Positions 23,617 through 34,251 of a stretch of DNA of 64,000 nucleotides are shown piece by piece. The notes beneath the pieces were generated by a model, which was not told the DNA's origin, searched no databases, and was given only the letters and a program-made list of their open reading frames with translations. The stretch comes from Phaeosaccion multiseriatum (taxonomy: Eukaryota > Protista > Ochrophyta, other classes), in assembly GCA_965112735.1 (NCBI GenBank), contig OZ218950.1, positions 744,001-808,000 on the forward strand. The letters are read 5' to 3'. Each line of letters begins with the position of its first letter. Position 1 is the stretch's first letter. The position numbers were made by a program, and so were the translations under genes.

Positions 23617-24925
23617 TGGGTCCTGACCTTGTTCATGACTGCGATGAAGACTCTCTCGAGCTCATTGGCAAGCTGCTTGGGGGCCTCGGGACACACACAC
23701 TGCGTGAACAGCAGGAACTGGGGGGGGGTATGGCAGTGGATGGGGAGGAGGAGCAGCAGGAGGAGGAGCAGCAGTTGGTTATAGAGCAGAGTGGAAACAT
23801 CCCCTTTCCTTCCTTCCTTCCATCCTTCCTTCCTTCCTTCCTTCCTTCCTTCCTTCCTTCCTTCCTTCCTTCCTTCCTTCCTTCCTTCCTTCCTTCCTTC
23901 CTTCCTTCCATCCTCCCTTCCTTCCATCCTTCCTTCCTTCCTTCCTTCCTTCCATCCTTCCTTCCTTCCTTCCTTCCTTCCTTCCTTCCTTCCTTCCTTC
24001 CTTTCTTTCTTCTGTCACTTGCTCCCGACCATTTGGTGTGCTCCCATCCACTGCCATCCCTCCCCCTGTCCACCCCACCCCTCTCCCTCCCTCCCCACCC
24101 TTACTTCTCCCTCACCTGCTCGCGACTCAATTGATATGCCCCGGACACCGGCTCGCCCGTAGTGCCCCCTAAGCTCACAAAGTGATCAAAGGTACTTAAT
24201 ATCATCTTGAACGAAGCCCTCAGCACCCCCTCCACCTCCATGGACTCCTCCTCCACGGTTGCCTCTCCACTCGAGACGTGTTTGTTGCCCGACGCCACGA
24301 ACCTCCACCACCGATCGTGCATCAACACCCGGGACCAGGTCACTGTGAAACGGTGGGCCATGACCCCGTCGGCTCGGTTATACACGTCACCCGCGCCTCT
24401 CTTGCACCCTCCTCCTCCTCCTCCTCCTCCTCCTGCTGCTGGTGCTTGTGCTGTTGTATCGCCAACTGCAGCATCACTAGGTGCCCCTCTGGAGGTGATG
24501 CTGTTGCTGGAGGAGTTCTGAGCCGTGGCCTTGCGTTCCAAACCCTTCCCAGGGGGCCCTCTTACGCCGCCGTTTGTGACACTAGGACCACTGCAAGTAG
24601 TGGTCACATTTTTCCTCGTGTTGGTGATACTCCCACGCCGTAGCAGACCCCCTGTGCCATCACTACCCGCCCCTGCTCGTCCGTACATGAGGCCATCCAA
24701 GGCCAGCTCCCATGGTCTGTTTGGGTCTCCTCCTCCTGCGATACCCAAGCCGCCCCCCCCCACTGCTTCGAGACCGCTCCTGGGAGGGGGGTGAACTTCA
24801 ATCGGCCGTCTCTCTTCCCAGGGGGGCACGACAAAGCCGACGAAGGGGCAGGGAGGGGGGCGTGGCGCTCCCTCCCCACTCTCTCTACTGTCTCTCTTGT
24901 TGTGATGAGAGGAAGTCAGAGTGAT
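20996..24925 (-). pseudogene. Duplicated 3' exons of the large gene (unit 4)
   Basis: Colinear with 34252-37860; expanded (CCT)n at 21561-21712 and (CTTC)n at 23808-24000. Confidence 0.8.
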
Positions 24926-26362
24926 AGAAGGAGCGCAGCGCGGCCCCGCACGTACTTCCCGCGGGCCATCCGCTGCCATCTCCCTCCCCCTCCTCCTCCC
25001 CCTCCTCCCCCGCCCCTTTGTCCATGGTCTATCCCCCCTCAGCAACGCCCACACGTGCGAGGGATTCGGATGAGCAACAGCGTGTCTATGGATGACTCAG
25101 GGATTAGTGGCAGCTCCTCTCACTCTCAGGAGGATGCTGGTGCCGGGCCCGTGCTGGGCGGTGCTGACTCGGAGTGAACCCCTACCTCGCGCGAACGAAA
25201 TCTTGAGCCCCCATTTACACTCTTGTTTGTAAAGAAACTCACCACTGCACGTGGAAATACATGAAAATTCACACACACCACGTTCATAAGCCCCCAAGTC
25301 ACCGTTACTCGGCCCCTTCCACAGCAGTGAAGCGATGTGGGTGGCGACTGTTTTCATCAAGGTCCATCACGTGTATTGACTTACTCTACTCTTCACACCC
25401 ACTGTACGAAACAAGCCCCAAGCTTCACCACGGCGAAGGCGATACGGCGGACGGAAGGCCATCGGGTCACTAAATCCCAAGTCCCGAGGTATCAGCAGCA
25501 GGGCCCTCCACACGCACGCACGCTCGCAGCGCCTTCCGTCCGCGCCTCTTCTTCTCACTCGCCGTCACCATACTCTCCTCCAGCACCGCCCACTCCTCCT
25601 TCAGCTTGTCGTCATCATCATCCTCCCCTGCTCCTCCTGAGCGATAGCGGTGGTAGGCAGACACAAAGCCTCGGATCGTGCTCTCCAGGCTCGCCCCCTT
25701 CCTCTTTGTGCGCACAGCGAGGTGGGGCAGCAGCAACACTTTACTCCGGCCCACAGCAACCACCACGCCATTCGATAGCTCCCTGCCCCGACGGCCGCAG
25801 AAGGCCGTGGCAGCATCAGCCCCGCCATCTTCCAGCCCTCTCCACAGGCCACAGGGTAGTTGAATCTCGTCCCCGACATGAAGCCCCAGCCCCGCAGGAA
25901 AACCCACCCCATTCCCATCCTCCAGTGCCTCCTTCCTCTCCTCCCCTCCCCCAGGCATTGAAGGGGCGCATTTCGCCCTCTTGCTTCCTCTCCCATTGAT
26001 GTCCTCCGCAGCTCCTCGCTTGGGCACAGGCGCACACCGGGCAATCTCCTCCTTCTGCTCCGCTCCCTCCCTCTTCACTCGTGCATGCCTCTGGCACATC
26101 CCACCTTGCTTCGGATACTTATCACACCCCTCAACAGTACACTTCTTCCGTACCATCACAGCTCCGTGCTCAAGGCAAAGTCCCCCCTGCTTCGGTTGCT
26201 TGCCGCACCCCTCAACAGTACACCTCTTCCTCACAGCCCCGTGGGCCACGCAAAGTCCTCCCTGTTTCGACTGCTTCTCGCACCCCTCAACAGTACACCT
26301 CTTGGTCACGGCTCCGTGGGCCAGGCAAAGTCCTCCTTGCTTCCGATGCTTGTCACACCCCT

Positions 26363-29300
26363 AGCACCCCCCTTCTTTTTTTCTGCTTAAGACAGGGCCA
26401 CCATGGAAGGGGACGACAGGGGGGCCACGCGGCCCCCCGGAGCCCAGGAGACACCAGCAAACCTCACAGCAACCCAGCAGGAGCCACCTATGAGCCGCGA
26501 TCAGCAGCGGCTCGAAAGAAGGGAGAGACGGGCAGCGGCAGCAGCAATTCGCCAAACACCAGCACGGGAAGGCGTGCCCACCCCCATCACGGCTCCACCA
26601 GCGGCCGCAGCACCCCGCAACACCCTCCCGCAGGACCCACAGCTCCCACCAGCACTCACGGAACCCACAGCAACAGCAGCGGAAGCCCACCCCCAGCAGC
26701 AGCAACCACAACCGATCTCAACGACACGGCAACAAACAGCACCAGCCGCCAGGAGATCTACCACGCCCGCCAGCGAGACAACAGGCCCTACAACAGCACC
26801 ACCCCCCACAGCGACCAGCCCAGCACCCATGCAGCCAACCACGAGGCCAAGGGGACGAAGCAGGACCCCCCGAGCACGCAGCCCGGAAAGGCCAACCGCC
26901 ACTTTCCGAGCCTCAGATCCAGCCCAAACCACCAACGCGTCAACTCACAGAAACGCACACGGGATCACAGAGCAAATCGTCTCCATCCTCCAAGACGAAT
27001 ACGAAGACACCCACCTCACAGCCACGACCCCCATACGGCAACACCCGAACCTCTTCTTCAACGAACAAGCGCCAGCATCCGCCAGCCGACGCATCAGCGC
27101 TGAGTTCGCAAGCCTAAACCTCACCGCGACGGAACTGACCCACCACAACACGGCCGAGGCCATCGCCGACCTCGTACGACCACCCCCCACGACGCACGAG
27201 GAAGAGACAGCATCACTCGAAACAGACACGCATGGACACGCACCAACGACATGGAGCAACACCATACGCCACCAGCGCGACGCGGCGCTCCCGCCTACCA
27301 ACTCGCACTTCTATATGCCCCTCCTCAGACAAGCTCTAAGGAGCGGAGGCCCCCCCACCACCCCCGGAAGACCACATGGGGGAGGAGATTACCCCCTTGG
27401 ATGGCAACAGATCGTAGAGGCCTATGCCCACACGCTCGCAGGCCAAGAGATCACCTCCAACGAGTTGGTCAACGACTACATCACCGCCTCACGACAGGAG
27501 GAACTCATCGCGGTATTACCCGACGTCCAAGCCATCGTTGAGCGCTACGGCCACGCCCTACGCGACCACACCAACAACACCACCACCTCCCCCTTCGCCA
27601 ACACCATGGCCACACCGTGGTGGGCGCCGGGGCAAGCCCTCGCCTTACGCACGAGGCAGGCCCCCCGGGGAACCGCACCAGGACCGCCACCACCCCCCGC
27701 CCAAAGCGACGCAACCACACCCAGCCCACCAACACCGGAGGACAACCCCACCAACGCCCGAGTGTACCGAAGACACCCCGACAATGGAAACATTCAAGGG
27801 GGCATCCTCTGCAACTTTGGCGAATGCCACGACACTTTCGTCACGGTAGGCAACACCAGAGACCGCCTCATCAGGCACCAGTCGAGCCACCACCCGAACC
27901 GCGGCAGAGAGTGGGACCGATGGATGCGCGAACACCACCCCCAGGCCGCGTCAATCCTGTGGTACCGCACCAACGGCCCACAGAGCGGACCACAGAATAA
28001 TACGTACCAGCTCCGGGACTGCACAAGTGGATGCGGCAACCTGGCCCACCGAAACTCCGGCAGATCCTTCCTTACCCGCTTCCCGCAATCAGGCCTACGA
28101 CAACCCCTATGCAACGCCTGCATACGAGCACACGAAGCCGCAAGCCTACCAGCACCACCAACCATCCAACGAGCTCGAAGCATGCCCCCACCGACAAGAG
28201 CAGGTGGGACAGACACTACACGAGAGCACGACCAGGAGGGAGGAGGGAGAGGAGAGCGAACGGGACACAGGGCAGGGGGACGAGGAGACCGCGAAGGAAG
28301 AGTAGTAGCAGGGGGGGAAGAGGGCGAACACAGCAGAGGCGGAGGAGAGCGCCCAGCACTGGCACGGGAAGCAGCGGCAGAAGGAGGGGAAGGGCAAGCA
28401 GCGGGAGGAGGTGACGAAGGAGAAGGAGGAGGCGACCCCACCAACAACGAGGAGCTACCCAACTGCCCGGTGTGTATGGAACCGCTCACTGGCCAAGCAC
28501 AAGTCGCCATGCACGAAGACGAACATCACGTGCACAACCACTGCGCATTGGGAGTCATGAGCAGGTACCCCAACCGCAACGACCACCTCTGCCCCTACTG
28601 CCGCAACCCCTGCTACCGGCACACGATCGAGCAGGCCATCACAGCACAAGGAGGGAGAGCTATGGGCCGCGCAAGGGATCGCCTAGCGAGGGAGCGCAGA
28701 GAGTCGCATCAGCAGCACGCGCAGGCCAGCCAAGGGCGACGCCGCCAGTCCCAGCCACCCCCCACCACCCGACACACACCCCCACCCCAACCTACCGCCC
28801 CCCCAGCCCCGATATGCTGCATATGCATGTCAGACGCGGACCCCCCTTTCATCGCACCAACCACGGAGTGGCCAGTACGCACCCGACGCTGCCAACACAC
28901 CGTTCACCCCGCGTGCCTCCTTCACCACCTGAACGACCAAGCCACACTGAGGAGAGCCAACCAGCAGCCCGTCATACCACCAGGCAACCTCCCCTGCCCC
29001 GCGCAAGGCTGCATGGCTGGCTACCAAGCTCAACGAGCCATCCCCGCCCTCAGGACCATCCTCACCCAAGGCAACGCAGCATCGGCCTACCAAGGCCCCC
29101 TCAACGACCTCGAGAACGCCTATCTAGGCCCAGACCCAAACGAGGACCCGTCGCGTACGGCAACGCCCCAGCACACGACAGCAACGGCCAGGCTCAACCC
29201 GTACCAACCCACCACCCCCACGGGCAGAGGAGGAGGGCGAGGGCACGCGGAAGAAGGAGGAGGAGGAGGAGGAGGCGCAATCGCAGCAGCGCCAAGTGGA

Positions 29301-32300
29301 GTAGAAGGAGGAAGAGGAGGACGAGGGAGGGGGAAGGAAACGGACAAGGAGCAGCAGCAGAGAGGGGACCTCAGAGAGAAAGGGCAGGGGGAGATAGCAC
29401 ACGCACGCAAGGAACCACAGCAGCAGCAGCGAGACGAGGGGGAGGAGGACGGAGCAGAGGCCAAGGAGGTAGCGGCGGGGACGGAGGGGACGGAGAAGGG
29501 CCAGCCAACGACGATACACCCGAGGAAGGATGGCCCATGCAGCACCCAAACGTCCTCCGCCTAGGGGCCCTGGACCCGCAGGGTACCATCCTCTCAACAC
29601 TCGTGTTTGAGACAGTAGCGCAGTGCAACCCCCGCCACGTCAGCTCGATTATCAGCTTACAGCAAAGAGCGCTCAACAACTGGAACAGGGCGCTGAGGGC
29701 CCACAAGAACGGCCCCACCGACGCCACCCTCCACACCCTTCTGGCATGGGATGTCTTCCACCACCTCCTCCCTGCCATGCTCTTCTCTAAAGACGGAGCC
29801 TACAGCCGCCAGCAGCGGATACAGATGGTCCTCGACCTCGACATCGCCCCACTCGCACAAGCAGCGATAGCCACAGCACACGCACGCCGCCCACCACCCC
29901 CAGCACAGGCACAGACAGAGGAGCGACGGAGAGAAACCTGCGCCCACCTGCTCACCAAACCCGGAGGCCTGCACAAGGCCGCCGCGAGGCTCAGCACAAA
30001 GAGCAGAGACGGCCACCTCCCTCCCACACACGAGACCTTTAGACGCCTCCAGCAAGCGCACGTCGACGAGAGCCTCGAAGAGATCAACACAGCAGCAGCA
30101 GCAGCCAGGGAGTACGCCAGAACCCAGGTGCAGGAGCACCCCGAGAATGGCAACGACGTCACCAGAGAGGAGATCAGCACAGCCATGCTGCTGACCTACC
30201 GGAGGGTCAACTTCTGGAAGGGCCAAGGAGCAGACGGGCGCAGGGCGAGCCACGTCAAGTACCCCCGGACAGCCCCCAGGAGTACGCAATCGTGGAGGCT
30301 CTGACTGACACCTACGAGCTGCTCCGAACGGGGGACACTCCACTGCCTCCACAGCTCGCCAAACGGTGGTTCAGCACCAGCGCCGCAGCCCTCGGCGAGA
30401 AAGCGCGTCCTGTGACATCCCCCAACCTCTACCGCAGCCTCGTGGAGAGCTGTCACATGAAGCTCATCGCGGACAGGGTGGGCCCAGAGCTCAGAAGCGC
30501 AGGACAGCTAGCGGTAGCGGTCAGAGGCGGAGGGGAAACACACGCCGCAGCAGCCCAGCTAGCGCACGATGCCGGCAAAACCGTCGTGCTGCATGACATC
30601 ACCAAGGCCTACACCCGCGTGTCGCGTGCCAGAGGCGTCCTAGCCTCAGGAGCACTCCCTACCATCGACCCAGCAGGCATCAACTACGCCATCGCCAGCC
30701 TCTCCCACGCCTCCGCCCACAACGCCCTCACACCAGACGGCACCCAGACCATCCACCAGAGCTCCGGAGTCAACCAAGGAGCACCAGAAGGGCCTCTCAT
30801 GTTCGCAGCCGCCATCCACCCAGTGCTGAAAGTTCAGAACACAGCCGACACCGCAGCGAACCGCCCCACCATCTCCGCCTACGCAGACGACCTCATGGAC
30901 CAGCTGGAACCCGACGCACCCCTAGAGACCTACGCCCCACGACATGCCCATCTCCAAGCCCAATTCCGAGGCTTGGGCCTCGAGTTCAACGAGAGGAAAA
31001 CGGTTTACCTCATGGGCAAAGGCAAGCAGCCAACACAGGCTGACAGGGACCACGCCCAACGGCAGGGCGCCACACTAGCCACCGAGGGTACCGTGGTAGC
31101 CGGCATCCCCGTCGGCACGGAGGAGTACATCGAAGAGTACCTCCGCAACATCCTCGGCCAAGAAGACCCCAGGGGCTACCTCCAACTCGCCAAACACTGC
31201 AGCGAGTGGGACAACACCCAGGCGGCCACCCTCGTCCTCCTCCAATGCCTCCCAGCCAGGCTCACACACCTGGCGAGAGCCATTGACCCCTCCATCTTCC
31301 GACGCGCCCTCGGCAGCAGGGCAGACCGCACCAACAGGGCGACACTGGCCCACATCATGCGACTCCCCGATGCCCCCCCTCTGGAGCAGGCCGCAGATGC
31401 ACAAGAGGAGCCATGGACGGAGACACAGCGCCTACAAATGCATACGGCACGGCGCTCCGGCGGCCTCGGCCTCACCAGCCTCCATGACATCGCCCCAGCA
31501 GCATACCTTGGCAACAAGATGCTCACCCTCCCCCCCCTGCTCAGCCGCACCGCACGCCGGGAAGGCTCCCAAGAGAGCGCCCTACCGGACCAGCTGTTCA
31601 CCAACGGAGCCCTCAAGAGCGTCGCCGACAGCGTCAACCTCCTGCACGAGGAGGGGGTCCCTGAGGCCCCCCTCATCCAAGCAGTGGGTCAGGCACAGTT
31701 CGACGAGGCCCGCTCACGCGTACTCGAGCCGCCTGACCACCAAGCCCAAGACACAGCGCGACGCAACGTGCGCAGGAGCCATCAGGCAGGCCGTCAACCG
31801 ACCCACGGCGTCCAGAAGGCCCTCACCACCTTCATCCACAAACGCCGCCATGAGGAGCTGACGCAGAGCATCGCCACCATCGACGTCACACCGGCAGAGG
31901 CACAGAGGGGAGAGGAGACACAGGAAATGGCAACAGCCCGACTCCACTCACAGCGAGGAAGGGGCGCCATGGCCTTCCTCGGAGCGCTCCCCCACGGCCA
32001 CAACACCATGGCCCCCGCAGAATGGACCATGGCCCTTCGTCGCAACCTCGGTGTCAACACGCCATACGCGGACCCGCCCCCACCCTGCCTCGGCACAGGC
32101 TGCGCCCGCACGGCAAGCACCACCCACGCCACCATCTGCCACCGCACCGGCCTCCACAACCACACACACCACCTCCTCGTCAAGGCCTTCGGGAGGATGA
32201 TGCACAGCGTGGGCATTGGAGGAGCACGCGTAGAGGACCAGACCTGCTTCGACGGCCCCACGGGCACCCGAGCAGGCCGAGACCTACGCATGGATCTGAC

Positions 32301-33107
32301 CTATCCCGCAGGTAGCTTCCCGGGAGCGGACGCACCCCTGCGGAGAAACCTCCTCTGCGACATCACCGTCACCAACCCCACCGCCCCCACCCACGTGGGA
32401 CGGGCCTCCACCACGCCAGGCCACGCAGCAGCCGCCGCCGAAGAGCGCAAGCGCACGCACTACCTGGGCAGTTTTCTGCCCGGGACTTCAACCCTCAAGT
32501 GCATTGCGATCGAGACGTACGGCAGACTGGGCCACCAAACGGACGAGCTCATCGAGGCGATGGCCATCCACAAGGCATCAAGAGGGCTCGGCCCCGCAGC
32601 GGCGGCAGCCACGGGCCCCATCAAGGGCCTCCTGCGCCAACAACTGTCCCTCGCCCTTCAACGCGCCCTCTCACAGCGGGAGATCAGGTATGGCACCCTC
32701 CTTCGAGCCACGATGACGCAGCACGAAGCAGCAGAAACCCTCGACTGGGGGCTCATGGGAGCCATCGACGGAGCGGCCGCCTGAGGAGCAGGAGTACACC
32801 AGCCAGCAGACAGCGAGACCATCAGCACACAGCATAGCAACCACAGTTAGTCACGCCTTGTCACCCGCACCACCCACAGTAGGATAGTTCACATATCACC
32901 TCCACCACCTCACTCCTTCCCACACCCCTTCATCTCCTCCTCCCCCCCTCACTCTCTTCCCATTCCCCATTATCCTCTACTCTACCACCCTTACCATCCT
33001 CTTCCCCTCCACATCACGCTCCATCAATACCACACATACACGCATCTACACATGGTTACAACTTACCTCGAGCGCACCAATACTGAGCCCATAAGCTCTA
33101 ATATACA
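26363..33107 (+). mobile_element. Apparently full-length (6745 bp) site-specific CRE-clade RLE non-LTR retrotransposon, copy C
   Basis: Flanks TGTCACACCCCT (26351-26362) and TGTCGCACCCCT (33108-33119). 40-nt 5' UTR, Kozak-like GCCACCATGG, long ORF, 323-nt C-rich 3' UTR, no LTRs, no poly(A). Confidence 0.95.
26403..32784 (+). CDS. Retrotransposon polyprotein (~2127 aa reconstructed): C2H2 finger, C4 cluster, two RING-like fingers, RT, CCHC knuckle, PD-(D/E)xK restriction-like endonuclease
   Basis: Three overlapping ORFs (26403-29564, 28472-30304, 30292-32784) join if one base is added in the G5 run 29329-29333 (inferred) and one in the C5 run 30262-30266 (C6 in copy A). YADD at 30880-30891; RLE motifs at ~32287-32523. 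Confidence 0.88.
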
Positions 33108-34251
33108 TGTCGCACCCCTCAACAGTACACCTCTTCACCACAGCTCCGTGGGCCAGGCAAAGTCCTCCTTGGACCCGCTGCTTGTCGCAACCCTCAACAG
33201 TACACCTCTTGGTCACAGCCCCATGCCCTTTGCAAAGTCCTCCGCGTTGCGACTCCTTCTCGCACCCCTCAACAGTACACCTCTTCCGTACCACCACAGC
33301 CCCGTGGCCCTTGCAAAGCCCTTCTCGGACCCGTTGCTTGTCGCACCCCTCAACAGTACACCTCTTCACCACAGCACCGTGGGCCTGGCAAAGTCTCCCT
33401 TGTTGCGACTGCTTGTCGCACCCCTCAACAGTACACCCCTTCACCACAGCCCCGTGGGCCAGGCAAAGTCCTCCTTGGATCCGCTGCTTGTCGCAGCCCT
33501 CAACAGTACACCTCTTCACCACAGCTCCGTGGGCATTGCAAAGTCCTCCTTGGATCCGCTGCTTCTTGCAACCCTCAACAGTACACCTCTTGGTCACAGC
33601 CCCATGCCCTTTGCAAAGACCTCCGCGTTGCGACTCCTTCTCGCACCCCTCAACAGTACACCTCTTCCGTACCACCACAGCTCCGTGCCCAAGGCAAAGT
33701 CCCCCCTGCTTCCGTTGCTTGCCGCACCCCTCCACGCTACATAAATACCGCCTATGCATGTTTACCTTGCACCTCCTTCGCGTTTCCTCAAAAGCATATA
33801 AGCCCTCCCCCGTGGACAAGACGGCTCTTAAGTTCTTCCTTCACTGTGTGTCGTGGTGAAGAGGAGAGAGAGAAGTCGAATGCTTATGTCGCATCGACTG
33901 AAGAGGATAGATCCCCTTGCGTCCAGCCCAAGTGGTCTTGGACACGAAGAGGACAGAAGGTTGTAAAAGAGAAGAATCAAAAGAGGGAAGAGAGGGGAAG
34001 ATGTTTCTTAGGGATGGGAGGGAGAGAAAAAAAAGGAGAAAGGGAGAAAGGGGGCTATACATCGGCAATCCAACCCTGGAACATACGATTTAGTTTCAGT
34101 TTCAGCTTATTGGATCTGGACGAGGAGCCCAGCTCGGAGTCCCACAGAGCTCCCCCCCGCAAACACTTGAGGGGTTCGGGGCTTGACGAGGCCCAAAGAC
34201 TGAGGACGATACAACGCTTGCCTTGTGTCAAGAACAAGAGCTTCCTCACAA

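Larger units (their letters stand above)
25470..33759 (-). pseudogene. Zinc-finger repeat gene copy 5 (12 fingers), split in finger 9 by the full-length retrotransposon
   Basis: The 5' part 33759-33108 reads MHRRYLCSVEGC..., 8 complete fingers, then CTVEGCD. The 3' part 26362-25470 reads GCDKHRKQ..., 3 more fingers, then the C-terminal region. Both halves are otherwise open. Confidence 0.85.

Noticed and set aside
29325-29345. Programmed -1 ribosomal frameshift between the first two retroelement ORFs
   Set aside because: There is no canonical X XXY YYZ heptamer in the right frame. A single-base loss in a G run, like the other homopolymer shifts, is simpler. Not excluded without reads.
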